A stretch of DNA of 62,087 nucleotides, filler included, from Squatina squatina (lineage: Eukaryota): NCBI GenBank assembly GCA_031763465.1. It is 4 parts of 4 records of this genome, joined end to end, with 100 filler letters (N's around TTAATTAATTAA, not from the genome) between each part and the next. Parts side by side here need not be neighbours in the genome. Positions count along the whole stretch, not along the records: positions 1 to 17,320 come from JARFOE010000121.1; positions 17,421 to 31,459 come from JARFOE010000219.1; 2 more parts are not named here. One strand, given 5' to 3'. Of the stretch, positions 13,001-25,046 are shown in pieces. Numbering within the stretch: the stretch's first letter is position 1; each line of letters starts with the position of its first letter. Under the pieces are notes generated by a model. The model had not been told where the DNA came from and did not search any database. It was given only the letters and a program-made list of their open reading frames with translations. The position numbers and the translations under genes were made by a program.

Positions 13001-15906
13001 GTGCATTGGACATGGTCTCCACGCTGTGAAAATTACAGAAATTTTGTCATGAAGTACATCTCCGTGTGCAATTGATTGTGAGGAGTCATGCTGTACGAAG
13101 CCTTTATCCTTCCTGAGATCTGCCTTTGTCAGTTCATTTTCTCTTGAAGCAATTTGAAACCAATAGTATAATAAAGCCAACATCGATTACTGTTCTGGGC
13201 TATAGAGTAAACTCTTGCATTACAGAGGTGACCTTGAGCGCACAATATCCTTCCAGCCATTGCCTGATTATTAAAATGATTGAAGGCTTTGCTAAAAAAG
13301 TAAAAGATAGCCAAATAATCTATGAAAGATATTACAGATGATTTTTTGGATTTTTAATTTTCCACCCCACCCACCAGGATACTTAAGTCCACTTGAGACC
13401 TGCTGACTTTCGATCTCCATCAGCAACCAATAGGTCCCAATCTGCGAGGCCTGGAACACAGCTACACCAGTCTTTCCTGCATCTTCTGTTGTCACTAGAC
13501 CCTGTCAGGGGACGGACCTGTGTCACGACTGCCCCAAGTCTATGGGGCCAAAATTGGGTAGCGCCACACTAGAAACGGTGCACCAGTGTTTAGCGCCGAG
13601 ACCGAGNNNNNNNNNNNNNNNNNNNNNNNNNNNNNNNNNNNNNNNNNNNNNNNNNNNNNNNNNNNNNNNNNNNNNNNNNNNNNNNNNNNNNNNNNNNNNN
13701 NNNNNNAAATATACTATATCCACTGGTTCCCCTTTATCTACCCTCTAGTTACATCCTCAAAAAACTCTCTAAATTTGACATCTCATCTGTGCAGCCAGCA
13801 CCACAAACAAGATAGCTCATTTCATGACAGAGATGTTAATTTGATGCATAAAACTTCCACCAAAGGTTGGTCTGGTTATATCTTTGACACAACCATGTCA
13901 ATTTGTCCAGTTCTGTCATTTATTGGGTAGTTGAAAAAAATGGAAATTTTGGGCCAATTTTCAACCAGTTCGATGAAACTCAAGAGGTTCTGGAACAAGG
14001 GGAAATTACAGTAATTTCAACTTTTAAAAACACTGTGGGGGTGGGGGGCTGCGGGGAGGGTCAGGAACAAGTCTCAAAGGGTTTCGTCTGTGGAAGTTTT
14101 ACCTATGGTTATTTGCCTTCCTCAGCAGACTAAAAATGGTTGGGCAGATTGCATAACATTATTAATTGTACATAGGCATTGGAAGGAGGGGGCTAAGTGA
14201 GATCTAAGTGGGAATTTGGCTCACTCAAAGCTTATGTTTTGAAGTTCTTAATTTATCATATGCTCAGTCACTTTTTAAACCCAACAATTTACTATCATTA
14301 ACCTCAATATCAGCAGTAACTAAAATAATGAATTTGTCCACATCTGTCTTTCTGATAGTAAAGTTTGATATTACGCATAACATATAAATATTGTCAAACC
14401 TTACTATTAGCAAAAAAGACAGGTGCAATGTTATTCTTTTACCAGGAGTTTGTCTTATTAAGTTTTGGAGGGCTGTCTTAACTTAATTGTTATGCTTTGC
14501 AGTGAGTGTTTATTCTAACAAGGTTTGAATTTACTTCATTATATAGTGTATGTGATTTTACTGTATGATGTATGTACTGACTTTGAATTATTTTCCTAAT
14601 GCTCCCTCAGAGCAGCTCTATATTTGTCTGATTTAGTTGAACTCCTTAGGGGACATAGACAAATTAAGATTGCTCGATCAATAGAATCATGGAAATATTT
14701 TGAGACAGAATGTCCTGTATGGAAAAAAAATTGCTAAATGTATCAGCACAACATGAAATCAATAAACGAAGAGACTGTTCACAGCCTTACTTAGTTTAAA
14801 ATAAAGAAATGGTAGTTACTGTTATTGATATTGAACTACTGTGGCAAACAGCATCGTTTATGCCTTTTCATAGTGGTAATCAAGCATATATTAATGTTAA
14901 ATCTAGCTAGATGCACACAACATGAGAAGATAATGGGGAATAATGTCTTTGGGATTATTATTGACCAATTAGAAATAATTGGATTTGACTATAGTCAAAC
15001 GATACCAATTTGGTTGTTTATGCTACAACTATAACAGAAAATTAATATTTAAGCATTTTTAAAGCTGTAGGGAAACCTCTTTTTGGGCTAATTATTAACA
15101 AAGCCAATAATGAACAGTGCACACATCAGCAATTTTGACACTCCAGTATTCTGTAGCTCAGGGGAAACAGTGATTAAAATGCTTGATATGCTCATGCATT
15201 TGACTCCATTACTGCCATTGCATCAGTAAGGTGGTGAAATTGGAAAGGAAAATCAGGCAGGATGGGAAACAAGCTGCCGATTAACTGTCGCTTGTTTTGT
15301 GCTCCCATCCAAGACCAATTTCTCAGAAGGAGGGGGGCCCCGATTTCTGGGCAGGTGGGTGGGTCAGAGAGGCAACAGTCCAGGTTTTGTTTTGTGGAGC
15401 CTGGAGGATCACTTCTGTTCCCTCCGACTCCGCATTCCAGTAAGTGCCAGGGCTTTTCTTTTCAGCGGCCTCCAGAGGTCCCTTTGAGCTCCGACTACAA
15501 ACCGGCTCTGGAATGGGCTCGGGAGCCTCCATTCAATTTTGCCATAAGGGCCTGAGCTCGATTCAGGCAACCGTCAGGGCCGCCGAAAAAGAACAAGTCC
15601 GTGACGAATTTAGCAGCGGCCCGTGAGCCGTGCAGATTAGGCGCGGTCCTCTGCCCCTGCTCAATTGTTCATTGCTGTGCTCACTCCAGACCCATAAAAC
15701 ATAGACCCATCGCCGCATCCCCGACCAAACCTTTTCAGACATTAAATCGAGCAGGGGAGTTATCCACGTCAATATTTATCATAGAAACATAGAAAATAGG
15801 AGCAGGNNNNNNNNNNNNNNNNNNNNNNNNNNNNNNNNNNNNNNNNNNNNNNNNNNNNNNNNNNNNNNNNNNNNNNNNNNNNNNNNNNNNNNNNNNNNNN
15901 NNNNNN

Positions 15907-16030
15907 GAAAGAGGCAGAGAGGTTTAGGGAGAAAATTCCAGAGCTTGGAGACTTGGCAGCTGAAGGCACGGCCGCCAGTGGTGGAGTGATTAAAGTTGCA
16001 GATGTGCAAGAAGCCAGAACTGGAGGAGCC
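15907..16030 (-). mobile_element. L2-like LINE fragment
   Basis: Same family as 3608-3700. Confidence 0.55.
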
Positions 16031-17320
16031 GATCCAGGTCAGCAACCATGTTTTAGGCTCGTGGGTTATGGTGGGTTATCTTCATCAAGGGCAAACAAAA
16101 CACACAACATTCTGCTGAGTTGGAATCGTCCCTTTGATAACATGATGCAACCAAAATAACCACTCAACCACAACAATGACGTGCATTTATATAGAGCCTT
16201 TAGCCTAGAAAAAGTGCTTGGGCAATTCATAGAAGCGTCGACAGATAAAAAAAAAACAGACAAGTACAGTCTTGATGAAAAATGCACAGGATTTTTAATT
16301 TGGTACCCTTGCTTAGGATGGATTTAACAAGGGATTCTTCTAAAATTTACAACTGAACTAACTCGTGGTTTGTGCTGTAACATGTAGGCATTCATTCAAC
16401 TAAATAGGAAGAAGGTTTTCTAATTTTGATAGTGTAGCTGAAGAATATCACATAGCTTGGGGCAATGACTAAAATATAATGGAAATATGCATGAATACAG
16501 GAAACATGAAGGCTTTCATGTATGTCATTGACTAGCACTGCCACATTTGCCAGGCTAATGGGTTCACAGCAATACTGTTGCTGCAGCAGGTACTTTCTGT
16601 GAATGACATTCAAGCCTATATATAGGTTAACAGCATCCCAAGTGCAACTTGTCAGTGCTATATATAGGTGTGAGCCAGTTCAGGGGCTAACACAATCAGT
16701 ACTTTGTAACTTATGGGAACAGGTTCTTGAAATGTTTCACTTAGTGACAATAATTGCAATAATCAGTAGCCATATTTCAATACAAGTTTTAAGTTTTAGT
16801 CTGACTTTTAAGTGCCATATTATTATATTAGCATTTACTCTATAATCATCTTTCATGCAATCAAATCCTCACAATCTATTTCTGATATATAAACAGGAAG
16901 GAACGAACAGCTAATTTTATCTCATACATTATGCAAAGATTTACTGTCTGGGTCATAAAATGATACATTGTACCTTTTCATGCAATGCAATGTAGATCTA
17001 AAGCTGTTGCACCATTCTGGATACCACAAGACAGACAATACAACAGTCATAAGGTCCATAGCTTAAAAGCTCTTAAGTAATTTCAAGGAGGTTGCTCCAT
17101 TATAAAGGTTATGTTTTGCCAGACGTTTTACAAGTTAAAGGATGCTAATCCTGCAATATCAGCACCGAACCCATGATCAAGTATGCTTGACTGCTGCTTT
17201 GATGCATGACGGAGTAGAAATGTCCCTAGACTGTTCAGCAGATTAGGCAGAACCCAACAGGAGTGATTTATTCACTTGTGCCTGAGGAACTATGGATCAC
17301 ACGGCACAGTTGATATAGCC

Positions 17321-17420
17321 NNNNNNNNNNNNNNNNNNNNNNNNNNNNNNNNNNNNNNNNNNNNTTAATTAATTAANNNNNNNNNNNNNNNNNNNNNNNN
17401 NNNNNNNNNNNNNNNNNNNN
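17321..17420. other. Artificial scaffold linker (N44-TTAATTAATTAA-N44)
   Basis: TTAATTAATTAA at 17365-17376 is centred in a 100-nt N block and has stop codons in all six frames. Confidence 0.95.
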
Positions 17421-17726
17421 ATGAATTTAAATAAAAAGCATCATCGTATTGCAAATTAACATTGCAACTACTTTATGTACTGCAAGCCCTCATAGTGCTG
17501 TAAATAAATACTAGAGGGTTTGCAGTAATTATCAGTATTTTGTGTTTTTAAGTCGCCTTCCTCCAGGCTGAATTCTGCTGTAACATTTGCTATTAAGATT
17601 ATGATTACTTCTCTTCATTAGCTTCAAATGGTAAAGAATCTGAATCATTTCTTTCAATTAGTTAAGACCCTTTATTTTTAGTGTGAACTGCTCAGCTGAC
17701 TCTGAACATGTATTGCTCTGTTATAG

Positions 17727-17848
17727 TATCTTGCTGTTCAATGAAATAAAATACGTGTCCTCATTGGTGGATCTTCATGACATTGAAAATGATATGAAAG
17801 GACGAGGTGATGTAATCTTTACATTTGTACGAGCAATAGGAGTTCCAG
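17727..17848 (+). CDS. TXNDC16: Thioredoxin domain-containing protein 16, internal exon (N-terminal half)
   Basis: Bounded by AG and GT. ILLFNEIKYVSSLVDLHDIENDMKGRGDVIFTFVRAIGVP resembles TXNDC16 [39 protein letters not shown]; syntenic with PTGER2. Confidence 0.85.
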
Positions 17849-18009
17849 GTATTGTTAAAATGAGATCATTATTAACTGCTTCATCAGTACTTTGACTGAG
17901 ACCTAATTATTTGTGTTTTTTCATAATATTATATTAGGCAAAATCCAATTTCAGCCAGTGCTAGGAAAATTGTTTGATATCACAATGCTGCCGATCCAGC
18001 TTCACATTG

Positions 18010-18230
18010 CTTGCCTTTCACTCTACCCCAGCACGGAGACTACTTTAGTCAAAGTCATTAATGACATCCGCCACGACTGTGATCTACTTGTCCTCCTCGA
18101 CTTCTTTGTGATGTTCCGTATGGTCAATCACCTCCTCCACCATCAATCTCCTGTAGTCCATCACTGTGGGAAAGCCATGCCTGGTTCTACCCTTTGTGTC
18201 CCACTGGAGTCGGTATAACACAAGCAATGG
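18010..18230 (+). mobile_element. L2-like reverse transcriptase relic
   Basis: STETTLVKVINDI..LLVLLD matches the LINE RT motif HSTETAL.KV.NDI...LVLLD. Confidence 0.7.
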
Positions 18231-19174
18231 TTTCTTGATCTTCCCACATGGCCACCTCCTGAAATGACAGTGAGATAAACTGTCAATGATGAGAGGGACT
18301 GGCAACAAAGCACTTCTAGCCTTTTCCCTGTGTTGCCCCTCTTGAATTTATTTTGCATCCTCTCCTCCCACACCGTCCCAATGGCAGTTTGCAGTTATAC
18401 ATTTCAATGAACCCCTAAACTATCAAGTTAGTATCAAATCTCCAAGAAACTTAGGGTCGTTATGTCTCACTGCCTGTAAAGTTCAGTTAAGTTGCATGAA
18501 AACACATTTTCGAATATAAGTACTATGGCCCTGATATTTTCGAGACCCAGGAAGGTGGAGGTCCTACCGAATTTAACGGCAGGACTTCGTTGATATCTTT
18601 TTGTTCCATTTCCCGCCTGGCAGCCAGCCAGATTGAGAATTTCCCTGGGAAAACCATCTGGCCAGCATTAAATTTAAATGGCTGTTAAAATCTGAGGAAC
18701 AAAGCTTCATTTAAATATTATAATCATGGACCCGCCTCTCCAAAGTGTGGTACCTGGACACCCCCAAACCTGCTGCTGTTAAACCGGGTTTCACATGGGT
18801 TGGGGTTGGGTTTCCCATATTTACCAACTTTACCCTCTCTTGCCGTAATAGGGATGTTAAAATTTGCCCCTTATGCTTCCAATGAATTCATAAAATTGTT
18901 GCTAAGCAATTCTTTGTTGCCCAGGAAAACAACAGCAGGGCTCAGCGATGGGCAGTGAGTGAATACTATGCATTTAAGCTAAAGGACAATCAAGGTCTAC
19001 TAAAGGCATCTTGATTCTTTCTGTTATTGCAGCAATTTTCTGATTTTCATCGAACAGGTAGAATTTATGAATTAATAAATGAGTCTCTGTTTAATGCACT
19101 TGTTGAGTGAGAGCCTTCACTTTACAATTAAAGGGTGTGTTGAGGATTGGAGAATTGGGCAACACCAGAATTAA

Positions 19175-19258
19175 CCATAGAAACATAGAAAATAGGAGCA
19201 GGAGTAGGCCATTCGGTCCTTCAAGCCTGCTCTGCCATTCAATATGATCATGGCTGAT
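19175..19258 (-). mobile_element. CR1-like LINE 3' tail
   Basis: CATAGAAACATAGAAAATAGGAGCAGGAGTAGGCCATTCGG; the same tail occurs at 15780-15806. Confidence 0.75.
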
Positions 19259-20041
19259 NNNNNNNNNNNNNNNNNNNNNNNNNNNNNNNNNNNNNNNNNN
19301 NNNNNNNNNNNNNNNNNNNNNNNNNNNNNNNNNNNNNNNNNNNNNNNNNNNNNNNNNNATTTTAGCGCCAAAAGAAAGTGCAAATTGGGCGCCCATAATT
19401 CTTTGTAGATTTGGGTTCACAGCAATTTTTATGAGCCTTCCTTGGAGTATTTCTTTAGCGATTTCCTGCTAACTGTTGGCACAGGCAGTAAGGATAAAAT
19501 GGCAATTGTGGTGCAAATGAACTCAAGAGAAAGCATTTACTTGATTTAATCACTACAGCCTCATTTGGAGAATCTATGAATGGAACTGATGAAATCCAAA
19601 TTGAGTTTCTGGGGAAATAATGTCATGTGGAAATATGCTCTAAAAACTGTTAATGAGTGCACAGTATAAATGAAAATCCTTTATTTGATTATTATCTTCA
19701 TATCATAGTTAATTAATTCAGTCAGGAAAAAGCATAAGGATACCTGTTCCTTCAATTTAAGGATTTCTAGGCAGGAACTACATAGCTTTCCTTTTTCGTC
19801 AATAAGATAGCCCCTCCACTGTATCATCTGTGGTTCTCTTTCATCAGTTGTAGCGTGAACTTCCACTACAAGAAACATAGTTTGTCATTTTTGTAAAAGA
19901 TTACCAAGCATTGGATAGTTTTCTTTTAAATGTGCAACACACATTATTCCATGTTAATAGCATAACTCAAATCTAATCCTTTCCTAGTCCTATGGTTTAG
20001 TTATTTTTGTTATTTTTTTCCTATATTTTTATACCACTAAG

Positions 20042-20232
20042 ACGAAATACACATGCCGGAGAAGAGATTCTTCAAGTATATTTGAACTACCTCCCACAGC
20101 TGCCAGCACTCGTCTTAGTGCAACTCAATTCTGGGAGCCAGGTGTTTGCATTTCCAGAAGGGCAGCTCATATCGAGAGAGGGTGTGCTACACTGGTTAAA
20201 GAAGGTGCAGACAGGACATGAGGATCCCACTA
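20042..20232 (+). CDS. TXNDC16: TXNDC16, near C-terminal exon
   Basis: AG acceptor and GTAAGT donor. RNTHAGEEILQVYLNYLPQLPALVLVQLNSGSQVFAFPEGQLISREGVLHWLKKVQTG matches TXNDC16 [38 protein letters not shown]...WLKKLEAG. Confidence 0.9.
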
Positions 20233-20959
20233 GTAAGTAAAATCTATGTTTCCCAACAGTTAAATGTAAACAGCTGTGTCTGCAGTCTCTTTCCAAAACA
20301 AGCATAATGGCTACCAGGTGGGAGAAAATCCATAGCCCTTCCAGCTCACTCCAGCTGTAACTATGGCAGGAATGCGAGGGATGAGCCAGGAATGAGGCTA
20401 GGACGTGGATATACTGGGTGTTGCAAATTCTTGCTAGTTTCTCTGNNNNNNNNNNNNNNNNNNNNNNNNNNNNNNNNNNNNNNNNNNNNNNNNNNNNNNN
20501 NNNNNNNNNNNNNNNNNNNNNNNNNNNNNNNNNNNNNNNNNNNNNATCCACATGGACTCTATTTCTGTCTTACTGATGGCTGTGTCACCTTTTTCTACTG
20601 CGAATATGTTATCTCCATTAAGAAGAACTACTCCACCCCGCCTTTTTCCCTCTCTATCTTTTCTAAATATGTTATACCCTGCATTGTTTAATTTCCAGTC
20701 CTGAATTTTCTGTCCCCATTTCTCAGTAATCTCTATTATATCCAGTTACCCTGTTTTATTACAGCATTGCTGTACAGGCAGTTTAACTCATTTTTAGTAA
20801 CAGTTCCTCTCACTTTAGTTTGAACCATCTTTTTACACTCCTATTCTATAACTCTATTTATTCCCTGGCCATTTAAGTCCTCCCTTAGTTTAGTCTGTCC
20901 TATGCTCTCTTTTCCTGTTTTGTTTATATTTAGGCTGGTTTTGTTTCTCCCCCTATCTT

Positions 20960-23320
20960 ACCAGTTTAAAGCCTTTGCCACCTCTCTATTTACACTTTCT
21001 GCTGGGATACTGGTCCCACTCTGGTTCAGGTGGAGCCCATCCCATTGGTACAGCTCCTTCCTGTCCTAGTGCTGGTGCCAGTGCCCCATGAAAAGGAACC
21101 ACTCTTTTACACCAGACCTTTAGCCACGTGCTAACTCTCCTGATCTGTTTGTCTCTATGCCAGTTTGCACGTGACTCAGGCAGTAATCCAGACATTATTA
21201 CCCTCGAGGCCCTGCTTTTTAATTTGGATGTGACTGCTGTCAACGAACCAGAAGTCGTTGCGTGTGCACAGTCTCAGTGTTTTTTTTTTAAAATGGCGAC
21301 ATTGTGCGTGCACCCTGCTTAGATAATAGGAAAGATCTTTAAAACATAGTAAACTTGAGATAAAGTTGAGCCTGGATTCCTACTGGGAAATTGATGAGCG
21401 TTTCTAATTTTATTTGCATTTCTTTATAATAAAATTATTTTCAACAAGGGAAGAAAATGCTATAAGTCACCTTTAAAATACGAGGATGTTTATCGAGCCA
21501 ATCCGGCGAGAATATTTTAATATTCATTTTTCTCTATTTCTTGCCTATGTTCATTCTCAAATCAGTGTCTCCACAGAACCACAAATATTAACTNNNNNNN
21601 NNNNNNNNNNNNNNNNNNNNNNNNNNNNNNNNNNNNNNNNNNNNNNNNNNNNNNNNNNNNNNNNNNNNNNNNNNNNNNNNNNNNNNNNNNNNNTTAAAGC
21701 CTTTGCCACCTCCCTTTTTACCCTTTCTGCTAGGACATGGGTCCCATCCCGGTTCAGGTGGAGCCCATTCCATCGGTACAGCTCTTTCCTGTCCCAGAAC
21801 TTGTGCCAGTGTCTCATGAAAAGGAACCCCTCTTTCCCAAACCAGCCCTTTAGCCACACATTAATTCACCTGATCTGTCTGCTTCTATGGCAATTTGAAC
21901 ATGGCTCAGGCAATAATCCAGAGATTATTACCCTCGAGGTCCTGCTTTTTAATTTAGAGCCTANNNNNNNNNNCAGGACCTCCTCCCTCAACATGGACCA
22001 CACCAACTGGATTTACCCCCACCCTTTCCAAGTTCCTCTACAGATAGGCAACACACCCTTCGGGATTCTCGTTCTTGGCTGCAGAGAACACTATTTATCC
22101 CCTGAATTATAGAGTCCCTTATCACTACCACATTTCTACTCTGCTCTCCCCCACCCTTGGACAGCCTTCTGAGCCACAGTGCCTTGCTCTGCATTGTGGC
22201 TGTCCTCCCTGCAGTCTTTCTCCTTGTCTCACAGGTAGCGAGTACATTGTACCTGTTGGACAGGACCAGCGTCTGCAGGACCTTCTTCTCAATCTCTCCT
22301 AAATCCCTGCTACACGNNNNNNNNNNNNNNNNNNNNNNNNNNNNNNNNNNNNNNNNNNNNNNNNNNNNNNNNNNNNNNNNNNNNNNNNNNNNNNNNNNNN
22401 NNNNNNNNNNNNNNNNTCCCTATTTACCCTTTCCACAAGGACACGGGTCTCATCCTGGTTCAGGTGGAGTCCGTCCCATTGGTACAGCTCCTTCCTGTCC
22501 CAGAACTGGTGCAGTGTCCCATGAAAAGGAACCCCTCTTTCCCACACCAGCCTTTTAGCCACATGTTAATTCTCCTGATCTGTCTGCTTCTATGCCAATT
22601 TGCATGTGGCTCAGGCAATAATCCAGAGAATATTACCCTTGAGGTCCTGCTTTTTAATTTAGAACCTAACTCCTGATAGTCTTTCAGCAGGACCTCCTCC
22701 CTGTTCCTACCCATGGCGTTTGTTCCAACATGGACCGTGACAATTGTATTTACCCCCTCCCTTTCCAAGTTCCTCTCCAACCGCCGTGAGATATCCCTTA
22801 CCCTGGCAACACACCCTTCGGGATTCTCATTCTTGGCTGCAGAGGACGCTATCTATTCCCCTAATTATAGAGTCCCCTATCACTACCACATTTCTACTCT
22901 GCTCTTCCCCCACCTGGATAGCCTTTTGAGCTATAGTGCCTTGGTCTGCATTGTAGCTGTCCTCCGTGCAGTTTTTCTCCTTGTCCTCACAGGTAGAAAG
23001 TACACTGTACCTGTTGGGCAGGACCAGTGTCTGCGGGACCTCCTTCTCAACCTCTCCTAAATCCCCGCTACCCAGCTCCCTAACACCCTCCCTTTCCTGA
23101 AGCTGCTCTGCCACATCTTAGTCGAGCCTTATTTAATTTATTTAATTAGTTATAGTCATTATCCAATGATTATTTATAGTTATATTGATTAGTTTAACTA
23201 GTTAAGCTATAAATTTAATGCAGTACTTTATTTTTTCCTGCACCTAGTTTAAGCCACAGTCTGAGGTTAGTGAGAAAAGAGAGAAAAAAAAACCAACCAA
23301 TCACCTATCTGCAGTCCCTA
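20960..23320 (-). mobile_element. Three partial copies of CR1-like LINE ORF1 (SGNH/GDSL esterase-like)
   Basis: Motifs VVVIGDSIIRG, VHVGTN, SGLLPE and (D/N)GLHLN in copies at about 20960-21230, 21694-22316 and 22417-23120; degenerate, with stops and frameshifts. Confidence 0.8.
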
Positions 23321-23466
23321 TTTTTTCTGGAAATCGTTGAAGGTTCTGCCTTCCCTGATATCTCATCCAATTAGGTCCTTCCCCCTCTTCTCCGAATTCC
23401 CTCTCTTTCCAAATTCCCAAATAAACCACTCTGTTTAAGATCACTCCAGTTAAGACACTGTGCAGA

Positions 23467-23661
23467 ACTTGCATTTATATAGCGCCTTTCACAACAACCA
23501 GACGTCCCAAAGTACTTTACAGCCAACTTTACACTTTTGAAGTGTGGTCACTGTTGTAAGGTAGAATGGCAACCAATTTGCGCACAGCAAGCTTCCACAA
23601 ACAGCATTGTGATAATGACCAGGCAATCTGTTTTCTTTTAGTGATGTTGATTGAGGAATAA
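23467..23661 (-). mobile_element. Shark SINE (L2-tailed, DeuSINE/SacSINE-like) 3' part
   Basis: AACTTGCATTTATATAGCGCCTTTCAC tail plus GTGATAATGACCAG..AATCTGTTT core; similar pieces at 23925-24016 and 40080-40320. Confidence 0.6.
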
Positions 23662-24260
23662 NNNNNNNNNNNNNNNNNNNNNNNNNNNNNNNNNNNNNNN
23701 NNNNNNNNNNNNNNNNNNNNNNNNNNNNNNNNNNNNNNNNNNNNNNNNNNNNNNNNNNNNNNNNNNNNNNNNNNNNNNNNNNNNNNNNNNNNNNNNNNNN
23801 NNNNNNNNNNNNNNNNNNNNNNNNNNNNNNNNNNNNNNNNNNNNNNNNNNNNNNNNNNNNNNCAGACAGACACACACTCACATAGGCACACACACACACA
23901 AATACCCACACAGCTCCCACAGACAGCAATGTGATAATGACCAGATAATCTGTTTCAGTGATGTTGGAGGAGGGATAAATATTGGTAAGACACCGGGGAG
24001 AACTCCCCTGTTCTTCNNNNNNNNNNNNNNNNNNNNNNNNNNNNNNNNNNNNNNNNNNNNNNNNNNNNNNNNNNNNNNNNNNNNNNNNNNNNNNNNNNNN
24101 NNNNNNNNNNNNNNNNGAGTAAAACTGAACTAGTTGGGGGATAATAGCAGGCGCACATTTGCTTTCTTGTTCCTAACAAAATCCTCACAGAAAAGTTATA
24201 CGCTAAGTTTTAAAAAGTGGCACGGGGGAATTAGGTGGATGAGGCTCCTTTAACACTCAC

Positions 24261-25046
24261 CGTGATAGGTACAGAACAGATCACGAATGTAATTGTCATT
24301 ATAGCTAAAAGACTGAGGTGGTCTACTTCTTCCGAGTGAGATAATTGATCCCTTCTTGGCCGAGGTGAACTCGAGCGTCTCCGCCTCTTTTGCCTCTGGT
24401 ACATTCGGCAGAGGTTGACTATAACCGAGACGTTGCACAGCAAGATGGAAACGATCAGCACCTTCATCAGAATGGCGTAGGACAGGGAATAAACGCGGTG
24501 CTTCATCTCCATCTTCGTCTGGAATTTCATCTTGATAAAGCACCAAGTGCCGGGGCAGTACTGCACGTTTTTGCCAATGCCCAGCAGGGGCAGCGAGCAG
24601 AAGAGGAGGCAGAAGACGCAAATGGCCGGGATGGCCACCAGCCCGCAGCGCTTGCTGTTGTGCCGCTGGTAGAAGTACGGGAAGCTGATGGAGAGGCAGC
24701 GCTCCAGCCCCATGGCGAAGAGGATGAACATGGAGGTGAGCCCGAAGAATGCTATGGCGAAGGCGCAGTAGTTGCACAGGTGCAGGGCCAGCAGCGTGCG
24801 GCCCTTGCTGTAGGCCGTCAGCACCAGCGGGCTGACAAGCAGCGTGCCCATCAGGTCGGTGACGATCAGGCTGCTCACCAGGATGTGGAAGAGCGACACT
24901 TTGCTCCTGTTGTCCCTCTTGTGGACCCCCAGCACGACCAGCGCCAGCACGTTGCCCAGCACCCCGGCCCCGAACATGAGGGCGCTGGCGGTCGGCTCGG
25001 CCTCCGGGCTGATGTCGGTGGTGTTCTCGCAGGTCTCATTGTCCAT
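24261..25046 (-). CDS. PTGER2: Prostaglandin E2 receptor EP2, coding exon 1 (TM1-TM6)
   Basis: Perfect Kozak GCCGCCATGG; 262 codons; motifs MFGAGVLGN, TDLMGT, ERC, PYFYQR, QYCPGTWCF and DHLSLLAIMTITF. A GTGAGT donor follows TM6, where prostanoid receptors have their conserved intron. Exon 2 is not visible (gap). Lies between TXNDC16 and NID2 as in mammals. Confidence 0.93.

Noticed and set aside
17365-17376. TTAATTAATTAA as a biological repeat or homeodomain site
   Set aside because: Identical 12-mer centred in N blocks three times; an artificial linker.
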